Below the pieces are notes generated by a model. That model did not search any database. It was given only the letters and a program-made list of their open reading frames with translations, and was not told the origin of the DNA. Below, piece after piece: positions 48,982-58,662 of a DNA stretch of 64,000 nucleotides (positions are counted from its first letter, which is position 1; each line of letters opens with the position of its first letter). A program made the position numbers and the translations under genes. The DNA comes from Acidobacteriota bacterium (GTDB taxonomy: Bacteria > Acidobacteriota > UBA6911 > RPQK01 > JAJDTT01), in the NCBI GenBank assembly GCA_965209055.1, contig OZ242374.1, positions 896,001 to 960,000 on the forward strand. Reading direction: 5' to 3'.

Positions 48982-51783
48982 CTATTGGCGTCCGACGTCG
49001 ATGGCGACCTCCTGAAGCACCGGCGTGCTGCCGCCGTCCGGAGTCGTCAGAATCGCGCGATACTGGAGCCAGCCCTCTCCCGGGGGCAGCCGCAACGCCG
49101 TTCCCGATTGCCGGAAGGTGCTGGCAGGTCCCTCCGGCCCTCTCCATGGACTCGATGCCAGCGCCGCCTGGGACGAAGCGCTCCGGACCTGGAATCGGAC
49201 ACCGGTCCCATGGGGGGTCAGGGCCTTCCACCGGAGCCGCCCGGGGCTCTTTCCGGCGGGCGCCTCCAGGGCTGCGGAGACGTACTCCTCCCGCAGTCTG
49301 CGGTCGTAGATGTTCCCCACGTCCCGGAGCCGTCCGAAGTGGGGTCCGAAGGTCTGGAACCAATGCCGGCGATCGTAGGAGTAGCCGTCCGCGCCTCCCC
49401 AATAGATGTTGCTGCCCACCGAATGGTCCCCCCGCTCCAAGTGGTTGAAGACCACCAGATCCAGCCACGAGTCCTGATTCATGTCGGCGACGGTCAAGGC
49501 GCTGGAGGATTCCGCCGGCAGGCTCGTGCGGCGCGATTCGCTGTAGGAGCCCCCGTCCGCACCCCAGTAGATGAAGGCGGGCAGGGTCCGCGTGTGGTAG
49601 GCGTGGTAGTTGGTCATGACGATGTCCAGATGCCCGTCCCGATTCAAATCCGCCACCGCCTGCTCCAGGGAGTCGAAGGCCTCGAGCTCGGTGATCCGGT
49701 CCGAATGGAAACCGTCCCTTCCTCCCCAGACCAGAATCGCCTGGCGTGTGGGGCGTCCGAACCGCTCGGGGTCCCAACCCCCTCCGAAGATCAGATCCAG
49801 CCAGCCGTCGCCGTTCAGGTCGGCGATCTCGGGACTCGACGTGGGTTGGATCTTCAGGACCGTATGGTTGTCCTGGCTGTACCCTGACACGAGGTTCCCC
49901 CAAAAGAGATCCACGTGTCCCGAATCCACGTCGGTGAAGATGAGATCCAGGGCCCCATCCTTGTTGAAATCGGCGACGCGGCCCGCCTGTCCGATGCGGA
50001 TTCCCAGCTTCAGGTCGGTTCGGCGCGACGGATCGTAGCCGTTCTCGCCGCCCCAGAGGATTCGAGCCGTCGGAGCCAGGTCCCGATAGACGCCTCCGAC
50101 GATGTAGATCAGGTCCAGGTAGCCGTCCCGGTTCAGATCGCCGACGATGACGCCGTTGGACGGCTCCATCTCCAGTTTCGTCTGCAACCGGAAGCCGTTG
50201 GCGCCGCCGCCGAAGATGGAGCCGTCGGGAAAGACGAGATCCACCCAGCCATCCTGGTCCAGGTCGGCCGTGGTCGCCAACCCCCCCTTGGAGGGAATGA
50301 TGCTGGCCGCGGCGGGAGAGTAATGGTGCCTGGGGTTGCCCCAGTAGACCACCGAGTCGATGGGGCCTTGGGACCCGCTGTTCTGGTTGATGAGGGCCAG
50401 ATCCTGGTGCCCGTCCAGGTCCATGTCCGCGGCGGCCAGGCTCACGGCGCCGAAGCCCTGGAGCTCACGGCGATAGGCGGCGTGGAATCCATCGGGACCG
50501 TTCCAGTAGAGATAGGAGGCCACGTCGCGGGTCGCGTCGTCGTGATTGTTGGAAAAAGCCAGGTCGACCCAACCGTCTTCGTTGTAGTCGGCCAGCACGG
50601 CGTCGGTGGCAGCCAGTGTGGGAAGTTCCTGGCGTCTGTCCGGAGAGTATCCATCCTGTCCTCCCCAGTAGATGTAGGACGCTTCTCCACTCTCGTTGGG
50701 CAGGATCAGGTCGGGGCGTCCGTCCCGGTTCAGGTCCCCGACTCGACTGTCTTTCGCGCCCAGCGACGGGACCTCGACCCAGGTCTCGCGGGAGATTCCC
50801 TGGCCGGTACCCTTGTGAATCGTCACCCGGTCGTCCTTGTGGGCCAGGATCAGGTCCGGATTCCGGTCGCCGGAAACCTCTGCCAAGGTCGCTCCGACGG
50901 CGTCTCCTCCCTGCCATTGTTCCCCGGGCGCCTGGAACCCTTCGGGCCCGCCCCGGTACAGGACAAGGCTCTGGTGCTTCGAATTGTTGTTGGCGAAGAG
51001 GAGATCGGAGTAGCCGTCCCGGTTCACGTCCGCCGCCGCCACGTCGGCCGCGCTGGTGGTGGCCAGCACGGCGCGGTCCTCTTTCCGAAAACCCCGGGGC
51101 CCGTTCCAGTAGACGTAGGACTCCAGGTGGAGGTCGAACCCGAAACGTTCGCCCCCCTCGATGCCCCGGTTGGAGAAGGCCAGGTCGATCCAGCCGTCTC
51201 CGTTGAAGTCGCCCGCCGCCAATCCCCCGGCCAGAAGCGTGGGAAGCTCGGTGCGACGGCCCCGCTGGTAGCCGTCCGGGCTGCCCCAATAGATGAGGGC
51301 CATCATGTGAACCGAGTAGTTGTGAATGAAGTTGCAGAAGACCAGCTCCGGATAGCCGTCGTGATTCAGGTCCACCACCAGGGAACGGCCGCCTCCGTCA
51401 CTGGGCAAACGGGTGACTCCCCGGTCGCGAATCCGGATCTGCCTCAACAGCCGGGCCAGCGGCTGATGGCCGGGCAACGGAGGCAATATCGATTCCGGCC
51501 CCCCCTTCCTGCCCCAATAGACCAGGGCGTCGGTGTTCTCCAAGGGGTTGTGGTCCTGGATCACCAGGAGGTCCAGGTAGCCGTCGTTGTTCAGGTCCCA
51601 ACGGTAGGTCATCTCCAGTTGTCCCGAACGGGCGATGTAGAGGTTGGTCCCGCCGTCGGCGATCCGCCCGGAGGCGAAGTCCTCGAAGCTGGAATGAGTG
51701 ATCCAACTCTCGTAGTCGTCCCGGCCCAGAGCCGGTGCGGCCAGCGCCGTCAGAAACACCAATACCGTCAGCGATTTGCACAT
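48982..51783 (-). CDS. Secreted FG-GAP/VCBS repeat protein
   Basis: More than ten D-(L/F)-N-x-D-G-x-x-D-L repeats with IYWG motifs; signal peptide. Confidence 0.92.
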   Translation of the reverse strand: MCKSLTVLVFLTALAAPALGRDDYESWITHSSFEDFASGRIADGGTNLYIARSGQLEMTYRWDLNNDGYLDLLVIQDHNPLENTDALVYWGRKGGPESILPPLPGHQPLARLLRQIRIRDRGVTRLPSDGGGRSLVVDLNHDGYPELVFCNFIHNYSVHMMALIYWGSPDGYQRGRRTELPTLLAGGLAAGDFNGDGWIDLAFSNRGIEGGERFGFDLHLESYVYWNGPRGFRKEDRAVLATTSAADVAAADVNRDGYSDLLFANNNSKHQSLVLYRGGPEGFQAPGEQWQGGDAVGATLAEVSGDRNPDLILAHKDDRVTIHKGTGQGISRETWVEVPSLGAKDSRVGDLNRDGRPDLILPNESGEASYIYWGGQDGYSPDRRQELPTLAATDAVLADYNEDGWVDLAFSNNHDDATRDVASYLYWNGPDGFHAAYRRELQGFGAVSLAAADMDLDGHQDLALINQNSGSQGPIDSVVYWGNPRHHYSPAAASIIPSKGGLATTADLDQDGWVDLVFPDGSIFGGGANGFRLQTKLEMEPSNGVIVGDLNRDGYLDLIYIVGGVYRDLAPTARILWGGENGYDPSRRTDLKLGIRIGQAGRVADFNKDGALDLIFTDVDSGHVDLFWGNLVSGYSQDNHTVLKIQPTSSPEIADLNGDGWLDLIFGGGWDPERFGRPTRQAILVWGGRDGFHSDRITELEAFDSLEQAVADLNRDGHLDIVMTNYHAYHTRTLPAFIYWGADGGSYSESRRTSLPAESSSALTVADMNQDSWLDLVVFNHLERGDHSVGSNIYWGGADGYSYDRRHWFQTFGPHFGRLRDVGNIYDRRLREEYVSAALEAPAGKSPGRLRWKALTPHGTGVRFQVRSASSQAALASSPWRGPEGPASTFRQSGTALRLPPGEGWLQYRAILTTPDGGSTPVLQEVAIDVGRQ

Positions 51784-51901
51784 GTCATCACTCCATCGAT
51801 GTTGCGGTCAGGACAGCGGAGTCTATCAGCCTCAATCAGGAGTCGCCACGGGAGTTCGGCGGGCCTTCATTTCAATTCCGGAGGCAGCTCTCGGAAGTCA
51901 G

Positions 51902-51931
51902 TTGATGCTCATCGAACGTCGCGAGTATAAT
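51902..51931 (+). promoter_or_regulatory. Sigma70-type promoter of the HPF-like gene
   Basis: TTGATG-N18-TATAAT. Confidence 0.55.
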
Positions 51932-51944
51932 TTGTAAGAGTTTC

Positions 51945-52247
51945 ATGAAGATCGAGGTTCAGGGGCGCCGTCTGCGGCTGGACCCCAAGTTACAGAGCCT
52001 GATCGGCCGGCAGAGCGCCAAGGTCCGCAAGCTTCTGCCCAGCTTCAAGCCTCACGATCTGGATCTACGAGTCGTGGTCGAGATGCTGCCTCGGGGACGG
52101 CAGTGTGAAACGGTGCTGGTTCTGATGGTTCCCCAGACGGCCATCCGGGTCCGGGAAACCGCCACCAGCCCTTCCACCAGCATCACCCATGCGTTTCACG
52201 AGTTGGTGCGGCGGGTCCAGAAATTCAAGAGCCGGCTGGCGCGTTAA
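51945..52247 (+). CDS. HPF/RaiA-like ribosome-associated protein (short form)
   Basis: 100 aa; MKIEVQGRRLRL...SITHAFHELVRRVQKFKSR matches the S30AE pattern. Confidence 0.7.
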   Translation: MKIEVQGRRLRLDPKLQSLIGRQSAKVRKLLPSFKPHDLDLRVVVEMLPRGRQCETVLVLMVPQTAIRVRETATSPSTSITHAFHELVRRVQKFKSRLAR

Positions 52248-52291
52248 CTCACCACCGTCCCGGATTGGTCCCCGTCTCCCGTCACGGTCCG

Positions 52292-53053
52292 TCACGGTTT
52301 GCGCACCTGATCGGGTGGAAGCCGGTTTCCCTGCCGCTCGTACCATTCCACTTGGCTGAAGATGCCTCTCAGGATCCGGACGTCCCGTTCGGACAGGTCC
52401 GCTCGCCCCAGGAACCGGCGAATGGCCTTCATGACGTGGTCCGGATTCGACGAGCTCAGGAAGCCGATACGGATCAGAACCCGCTCCATGTGACGGAACA
52501 TCCGCTCCCGTTGGCCGTGGGTGACGAGGTCGGGTTGGACGTCGCGATCCGCTTCCCCGCAAGCGATGATCTCGTACGCAAGAACCATGACGGCCTGAGC
52601 CAGGTTCAACACCGGGAAAGCGTCGTTCGAAGGCACCGTCACCAAGTACCGGCAGCGGGAGAGCTGAAGGTCGGTGAGTCCCCGGTTCTCGGGACCGAAG
52701 AGAAGCGCCACCTCCTGGGTTCGGGCGTGCCGCCTCAGCAGCGGGGCGATCCGGCGCGGCGTGTAAACCGGCTGATGGGTTCTTCTCTCCCGGCCGGAGG
52801 TGGTGCCCACCAGAACCTGAACTCCCGCCACCGATTCATCGAATGAGGTGTGCACCTGGATCGGGTCCATCCGATCCAGGGCTCCCGAGGCCATCATCCT
52901 GGCCTCCTCCCCCCACTCCGCCACCGGGCGGACCAGCTTGAGGCGGCAAAGCCCCATGTTGACCATGGCGCGGGCCGCCGAACCGATGTTGCCGGGGTTT
53001 CGGGTCCCGACCAGGACGACGGAGAGGCGCCGGGCCAACTCGGTTTCGATCAT
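52292..53053 (-). CDS. trmJ: TrmJ/LasT SPOUT RNA methyltransferase
   Basis: PGNIGSAARAM, LFGPENRGL, VLNLAQAV, LRGIF. Confidence 0.88.
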   Translation of the reverse strand: MIETELARRLSVVLVGTRNPGNIGSAARAMVNMGLCRLKLVRPVAEWGEEARMMASGALDRMDPIQVHTSFDESVAGVQVLVGTTSGRERRTHQPVYTPRRIAPLLRRHARTQEVALLFGPENRGLTDLQLSRCRYLVTVPSNDAFPVLNLAQAVMVLAYEIIACGEADRDVQPDLVTHGQRERMFRHMERVLIRIGFLSSSNPDHVMKAIRRFLGRADLSERDVRILRGIFSQVEWYERQGNRLPPDQVRKP

Positions 53054-53129
53054 GGCGTCTCCGGCGGGAAATGCGGGCAGGCTCCTTGCCGGAACGAGCA
53101 TCCGGCCCATCGGCGAAAACCGGAGCGAG

Positions 53130-54416
53130 CTACTCCGGCCCCTTCGCCATCTCCATCTTCATCAGGGCCAGTCCGGTCAACAGCTTGGGATAGAAGTCGG
53201 TGGATTTCTGAGGCATTTTCTGGCCCAGATCGGAGATTTCCCTGACCTGTCCCAAGCGAGTCGCGTTCAACAGGAATCCGGCCTGAAGCTCGCCCTTTCG
53301 GACCTTTGCCGTCAGCTCCCCGGGATCCCGGAAATATTCGACGTAGTTCTGGCTGGAGAGTTCCTCGGCGCCGATCCCCAGAAGGGGGTCGAGAATGCCC
53401 TCGTGAAGAATGTTCACGTCCAATGAACGAGCCGGTCCCTGGATGCCCGGCATGAAGGACGGGTCGGAAGCGGAACGCTCCCGGAGCCGCAGCAGAAAGG
53501 CCTGGTCGGAACCGCTGACGACAAGACCCGCCCGGTGGCCCTGTCCCTCCAGGAGCGAGGCCGGATCTTCCGCGGAGGAAACGCTGTCCACCTGGAAGAA
53601 CGGCTCCAGACCGGCCCGGAGGCGGCCGATCCGGGATTCGTCCACGTTCTTGATTCCACGATGCGTCGCCAGGACCTTGAGTCCGGGACTCTCCATGTTG
53701 AAGAGCCCGATCATCCGTTTGTCGAAGCTCTCCGGACCCGAGGTTCGCCAGCCTTGGGCGAGACACTCGTTGCGGTATTCGACCGAGGTCTGGAAACGGT
53801 GATGACCGTCGGCGATGTAGAGGCGGTGCCTCATGAGCGCGGCGGCCATGTCCGCCTGGAGGTCCGACTGGGTGAGCTGCCACAACTCGTGCCGCACCCC
53901 GTACTCGTCCCGGACCTGGATCACGGGTTCCGTGGACTCGGTGAATCGGGCGAGCAACCGGTCCACGGACAGTTCAGGGTCCGAATAGAGCATGAAGATG
54001 AGCCCCTCGTTGGCCTCGGTGTGGCGAATCAGGTTGAGACGGTCCTCAAGTGGCCCGCGAAGCACCCTTTCGTGTCCGCGGACGGCCAGGTCCGCCTCGT
54101 CCAGAGAGATCAAGCCGATGAAACCCAACCGGGCGTGGGATTGCCCCTGGATCTCGAAGACCTGCCGATAGGGGTAGAACGACGGGGCCCCGTCGCGCCG
54201 CATGACCCCCGACTCGATCCAATCGGCGAGATTGCGCGCCGCGTCGGCGTAGTCCCGATTCTTGATGACCCGGGCGATGTTCCGGGGGTCCTTCCGGAGG
54301 TAGCGCCGGAGCATGCCAGGAGTGATCTTGTCGTAGGGCTGGGTGACGACATCGTCCAATCGCGGGACCAGACGGGAGTCGTAGCGGTATCCTCGAAAGG
54401 GAAATAGTCTTGCCAT
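53130..54416 (-). CDS. DUF1015 family protein
   Basis: QPYDKI, HERV, YIADGHHR, MPQKSTDFYPKLLTGL. Confidence 0.92.
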   Translation of the reverse strand: MARLFPFRGYRYDSRLVPRLDDVVTQPYDKITPGMLRRYLRKDPRNIARVIKNRDYADAARNLADWIESGVMRRDGAPSFYPYRQVFEIQGQSHARLGFIGLISLDEADLAVRGHERVLRGPLEDRLNLIRHTEANEGLIFMLYSDPELSVDRLLARFTESTEPVIQVRDEYGVRHELWQLTQSDLQADMAAALMRHRLYIADGHHRFQTSVEYRNECLAQGWRTSGPESFDKRMIGLFNMESPGLKVLATHRGIKNVDESRIGRLRAGLEPFFQVDSVSSAEDPASLLEGQGHRAGLVVSGSDQAFLLRLRERSASDPSFMPGIQGPARSLDVNILHEGILDPLLGIGAEELSSQNYVEYFRDPGELTAKVRKGELQAGFLLNATRLGQVREISDLGQKMPQKSTDFYPKLLTGLALMKMEMAKGPE

Positions 54417-54505
54417 GGCGCAATTCTATCAGTCCGGCGTGAATCTGAGGTGGATTGGGCTGCAGTCTTGGATCGGGACTCGGGTGGAAACTCGCTTCTG
54501 GCCTG

Positions 54506-55282
54506 CTACACCTTCTGAGCGTCCAGACTTGCCTTGTAGAGCCCCGTCCGGGCGTCGTGTCCGCGCACATCGACGACTTCGCACATCTCCATGATTCGGG
54601 AGTAGAGCGGAGCGCCGATCCGTTCGGCCAGGTTCTGCTCCCTTGCCAGGTTTTCGGGGTAGCCCCCGCCGGTCGACTTCAAGGGCAGGTTGGTGGTGAG
54701 CACGATTTGCTTCCGGCGAGTGTACCGGTAGTTCAGAATCGTCCGGATGGTCTCCGCGACCCACTCCGTCGGCCGGCCCGCACCCAGATCATCCCAGACC
54801 AGAAGGTCCGCGGAATAGAGAGGACGCAGCACTTCCCGCTCGGTTTCGGGGGAGTCCGGCCCGTACGAATACTGGAGCCTGCGGAGAAGTTCGGTTTCGT
54901 CCACGAACCGGGCGCTGACATGCTTTTCCAGGACCAGGTGCTTGAGGACGGCGACGGCCAAGTGCGTCTTGCCGACGCCGCAAGGCCCGCTGAAGAGGAG
55001 TCCGCGGTGAACCTGCGGGTAGTTTTCCGCGAATCGGATGGAACTCCTGAGCGCCTCCAGTTGGGTGGGAAATTTCGGATCCGGATGGTAGGCGCGAAAA
55101 TCCTTGGAAATATAGCGGTCGGGGATGCTCGCCCGCCGAAGCAATTGAGCCCGGCGATCCTCAGATCCGCAGCTGGGGCAGGAAACCACGGTCTCGGTCC
55201 CGCCTCTTTCCACCAGGGACCAGCCCGAGCCCCGGCAATCGGGACATTCCGAGTCCCATGTCCTCAATTCTTCGGTCTCCAA
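54506..55282 (-). CDS. DnaC/IstB-like AAA+ ATPase with N-terminal Cys cluster (probable helicase loader)
   Basis: CPDCRGSGW..CPSC, GPCGVGKTHL, WDDLG, TTN, SRIMEMC. Confidence 0.85.
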   Translation of the reverse strand: METEELRTWDSECPDCRGSGWSLVERGGTETVVSCPSCGSEDRRAQLLRRASIPDRYISKDFRAYHPDPKFPTQLEALRSSIRFAENYPQVHRGLLFSGPCGVGKTHLAVAVLKHLVLEKHVSARFVDETELLRRLQYSYGPDSPETEREVLRPLYSADLLVWDDLGAGRPTEWVAETIRTILNYRYTRRKQIVLTTNLPLKSTGGGYPENLAREQNLAERIGAPLYSRIMEMCEVVDVRGHDARTGLYKASLDAQKV

Positions 55283-55809
55283 GGAGTCTCTTCCGCCCCG
55301 GTCCGGAAATTCTCGTAGCGCGCCAGCACGAAGAGCAGATCCGACAACCGGTTCAGGTATACCAGAAGGTGTTCGTTGACGTCCGGTTCAGTCCGCATCA
55401 GGCGAACCAGCAGGCGTTCTCCCCTCCGGCAGACCGATCGGGCCAGATGGATGACGGAGGCTGCGGTGGAACCGCCGGGGAGCACGAAATTCCTCAAGGG
55501 CGGCAGCTTCCCGTCCAGTTCATCGATCAGCGACTCCAGCCGCCTCCAGTCATCCTCGTCCAGGCGGCGAACCCGGCGGCGGCGGCCCACCGTGGCGAGG
55601 TCCGCGCCGGCCTCGAAGAGTTCAGACTGCAAGGCGGTCAGAATCTCGGAGACTTCGGGGCAGCGAGTCTGTGTCCCACCCCAACCCAACAGGGAGTTGA
55701 GTTCATCCAGAGTGCCGTAGGCTTCCACCCGCCGCGCGTCCTTGCCGACCCTTTCGCCACTGAACAGGGACGTTTGTCCGCCATCCCCTCTGCCCGTATA
55801 GATCTTCAT
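55264..55809 (-). CDS. PduO-type cob(I)alamin adenosyltransferase
   Basis: KIYTGRGDGGQT, YGTLDELNS, FVLPGG, RSVCRRGER, YLNRLSDLLFVLAR. Confidence 0.95.
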   Translation of the reverse strand: MKIYTGRGDGGQTSLFSGERVGKDARRVEAYGTLDELNSLLGWGGTQTRCPEVSEILTALQSELFEAGADLATVGRRRRVRRLDEDDWRRLESLIDELDGKLPPLRNFVLPGGSTAASVIHLARSVCRRGERLLVRLMRTEPDVNEHLLVYLNRLSDLLFVLARYENFRTGAEETPWRPKN

Positions 55810-55843
55810 GACGTTGGGGCGTCCGGCTCCATTGCGCCGGTCT

Positions 55844-56098
55844 TCATTTCCTGAGCCTCCCGCGAAGGATTTCCCGCATGGCGTGCTTGTCGACCCGGTG
55901 CCTGAAGATTTCCCGTCCCTCCATTTCACCGACCGGAACGTCTTGTCCGTACACGCCGCGGAGATGCGGTGAACCGTCGATGTCGACGAGGCGCACGCGG
56001 AACTTGAACTCCTTCTGAAGTTCCTGCAATACTGTCAGAGCCTTCTTGCAGAGGTGACAACCCCGACGCGTGTAGAATCTGATTTGCACAGGGTCCAT
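55844..56098 (-). CDS. Glutaredoxin-like (DUF836) protein
   Basis: YTRRGCHLC, VDID, DVPV. Confidence 0.88.
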   Translation of the reverse strand: MDPVQIRFYTRRGCHLCKKALTVLQELQKEFKFRVRLVDIDGSPHLRGVYGQDVPVGEMEGREIFRHRVDKHAMREILRGRLRK

Positions 56099-56332
56099 GT
56101 CGAGGGCGGACGCCCTTTTTCCAAGGTGTTTCAAAGGTTCACTGACATCGTTCCCGTCGGCTTCCGGGCTCCCGGCCCGATTTCGTTTCTCGGCGGGTCG
56201 ACGAGCTGAACCGAATCAGGAGGCTCCGGACGGGGCCAATGTAACCGCCGGCTGCTTCCAACTCAACCGGATTGATCTCACGGACCGCTTGAGTCGCCGA
56301 TACCGGCCCGAATTTTCGGCAGGAGTGCAACG

Positions 56333-56770
56333 ATGAGGAAATACCGCCAGCACGGCTATGACGACAACCGGGGACGGCGCGAAAGACCGCGAAGGTCGTC
56401 CGGTCGGCGCCCGTTCGGTCCACGCTCATCCCGCGGGGGACCCCGATCTCCCCGCATGACCAAGTTTCACCAGGTGATTCGGTGTTCCATCTGTGGAGGG
56501 ACCCTCCCCCCCTCGTTCTCCGAGGTGGGCGCCACCAGCCAGTGCCCCAAGTGCGCCACCGACCTGCACACCTGCAAGAACTGCGTGTTTTTCGATCCTG
56601 GCGCCCGTTTCGAATGCTCGGAACCGATCCCGGAGAGAGTATTCAATAAGAACGACCGCAACGACTGCCGGTTCTTCGAAATTCAAACGGCAGTGGAGAA
56701 GGCCACGACTTCGGTCCGGGAGCGGCCGTTGGAGCCTCGGGAGATGTTCGAGAGACTGTTCCGGAAATGA
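56333..56770 (+). CDS. Cys-rich hypothetical protein, translationally coupled to etfB
   Basis: CSIC, CPKC..DLHTCKNC, EC, NDC; GGAG RBS; ATGA overlap with etfB. Confidence 0.8.
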   Translation: MRKYRQHGYDDNRGRRERPRRSSGRRPFGPRSSRGGPRSPRMTKFHQVIRCSICGGTLPPSFSEVGATSQCPKCATDLHTCKNCVFFDPGARFECSEPIPERVFNKNDRNDCRFFEIQTAVEKATTSVRERPLEPREMFERLFRK

Positions 56771-57549
56771 AGGTCTTTGCCTGCCTCAAGGAAACTCCGA
56801 GCCGGGATACCCGATACGAGCTGTCGTCCGATTCCTCCTGGATCGGGAACGCGGAAGTCACCCACGAGATCAGCGAGTGCGACGAGTACGCGCTCGAAGA
56901 AGCTCTGAAGCTCAAGGAGCGGCACCGGGGAGAGGTGGTCCTGCTGACGGCCGGACGGGCCGAAGCGGAGAAATCGATGCGCAAGGGTCTGGCCATGGGG
57001 GCCGATCGAGGCATCCTGATACTGGACCGGGAACGCGAGCTGTCGAGTCCCCACCGGGTCGCCGCGGCTCTGGAGAAGGTTCTGCGGGACCAGGACTACG
57101 ACCTGATCCTCGCCGGGACCCAATCGGACGACTACGGCTACGCCCAGACCGGGCCCATTCTGGCCCACCTCCTGGGCCTTCCCCACGCCACCATCGTCAT
57201 GCAGATCCAGGTCCAGGAGGGCCAGCGCAGCGTCAGGGCCCTCCGGGAGATGGAAAGCGGATGGTTCGAGTGGGTCGAGATTCCCCTCCCTGCCGTCTTG
57301 ACCATCCAGGCCGGAATCTCTCAGATCCGCTATGCGACCTTGCGGGGCATCATGCAGGCCAGGCGCAAGGGAATCCGGAAGATCGAGTTGGACGGGCTGG
57401 GGTTGGACCTTTCTTCCCTGCCTCACTTGGAGATCGAACGCCTCTATTTCCCGGAACAGACCAGCAAGGCGGAGATGATCGAGGGCACGCCGGATGAAAT
57501 CGCCTCGACGCTGGTGGACAGGCTCAGGCGAGAGGCGAAGGTCCTGTAG
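56767..57549 (+). CDS. etfB: Electron transfer flavoprotein beta subunit
   Basis: DEYALEEALKLKE, LAMGADR, GTQSDD, RYATLRGIM. Confidence 0.95.
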   Translation: MKVFACLKETPSRDTRYELSSDSSWIGNAEVTHEISECDEYALEEALKLKERHRGEVVLLTAGRAEAEKSMRKGLAMGADRGILILDRERELSSPHRVAAALEKVLRDQDYDLILAGTQSDDYGYAQTGPILAHLLGLPHATIVMQIQVQEGQRSVRALREMESGWFEWVEIPLPAVLTIQAGISQIRYATLRGIMQARRKGIRKIELDGLGLDLSSLPHLEIERLYFPEQTSKAEMIEGTPDEIASTLVDRLRREAKVL

Positions 57550-57633
57550 GAGGGGGGACAGTCTTGTCCCCCTTCCCCGGCGCATACGAGAGGAGGGGGG
57601 ACAGTCTTGTCCCCCCTCCCCGGCGCATACGAG
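57548..57633 (+). repeat. Two tandem 43-bp units, each with a GGAG-type REP palindrome
   Basis: AGGAGGGGGGACAGTCTTGTCCCCCYTCCCCGGCGCATACGAG at 57548-57590 and 57591-57633 (1 mismatch). Confidence 0.9.
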
Positions 57634-57675
57634 CGTCAGAGGTTCTGCAACGCCCAGACGATCAGAGGAGAAACC

Positions 57676-58662
57676 ATGACGGGTGAGATCTACGTACTGC
57701 TGGACCACTCCGATGGGCGGGTGGACGCCCTTTCCCGGGAGACGCTGGCCCTGGCGCAGCAGCTCGGCCGCTCGCACGGACTTGGAGTCAAAGGGCTTCT
57801 TCTCTGCGGACCGAATCGATCCGTGGTGGAGAACGTGGCCGGATTGCAGGCCGACGCGGCCCTGGTCGTCTCTCACCATCGGTTGGACGGGTACGAGCCG
57901 GACGCCCACTGCCTCGCCCTGACCCGGATCCTGGAGCAGGACCGTCCCCTGGCCTTCCTGATGGGTCACAGCTACCAGAACATCGACCTGGCTCCCAAGC
58001 TGGCCGCATCCCTGAAGTGCGGACTGGTGACCGACTGCATCGGCTGCAGAATCGACGGCGAGAGCATGGTCTTCGTCCGCCAGATGTTTCGAAATCGAAT
58101 CAACGCGGACGTCCGGGTCCGTTCTCCTCATCCCTGGATCGCCACCTTCCAGTCGGGAGCCGGCGCCGGCAACGACCTGCTGGAGGGCAGTTCCCCCGTG
58201 GTGGAGCGAACCGTCGATCTGTCGGGACTGGCGCATCGCCGCACGGTGGTGGAAACCGTCGGAGCGGTGAAGGAGAAAGTGGACCTGGCCAAGGCGGACA
58301 TGATCGTGGCGGCGGGCCGGGGCATCAAGCGCAAGGAGAACCTGCGCCTCCTGGAGGAGCTGGCGGAGGTGCTGGGGGCCGAGCTTGGAGCCAGCCGGGC
58401 GGCCGTCGACAGCGAGTGGCTGGAGCGGGACCGCCAGATCGGCAGCTCCGGCCAGTCGGTGGCGCCCCGGCTGTACGTCGCCTGCGGCATCTCCGGCGCC
58501 ATTCAGCACGTGGTGGGCATGAGGAATTCGGCCCACATCGTGGCCATCAACACCGATCCGGACGCCCCCATCTTCAACCTGGCCAACTACGGAATCGTCG
58601 GGGACCTGATGGAAATCGTGCCGGCGCTCACCAGGAAGCTGCGCGAAGAACAGTCGCGTTAG
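57676..58662 (+). CDS. etfA: Electron transfer flavoprotein alpha subunit
   Basis: GRGI, GASRAAVD, QIGSSG, GISGAIQHVVGM, AINTDPDAPIF; GAGGAG RBS. Confidence 0.96.
   Translation: MTGEIYVLLDHSDGRVDALSRETLALAQQLGRSHGLGVKGLLLCGPNRSVVENVAGLQADAALVVSHHRLDGYEPDAHCLALTRILEQDRPLAFLMGHSYQNIDLAPKLAASLKCGLVTDCIGCRIDGESMVFVRQMFRNRINADVRVRSPHPWIATFQSGAGAGNDLLEGSSPVVERTVDLSGLAHRRTVVETVGAVKEKVDLAKADMIVAAGRGIKRKENLRLLEELAEVLGAELGASRAAVDSEWLERDRQIGSSGQSVAPRLYVACGISGAIQHVVGMRNSAHIVAINTDPDAPIFNLANYGIVGDLMEIVPALTRKLREEQSR

Noticed and set aside
54506-55282. IS21 element (IstB)
   Set aside because: No IstA transposase or terminal inverted repeats; the gene overlaps a housekeeping gene.
57548-57633. Palindromic repeats as a mini CRISPR array
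   Set aside because: The units are directly adjacent with no unique spacer and no cas genes are present.
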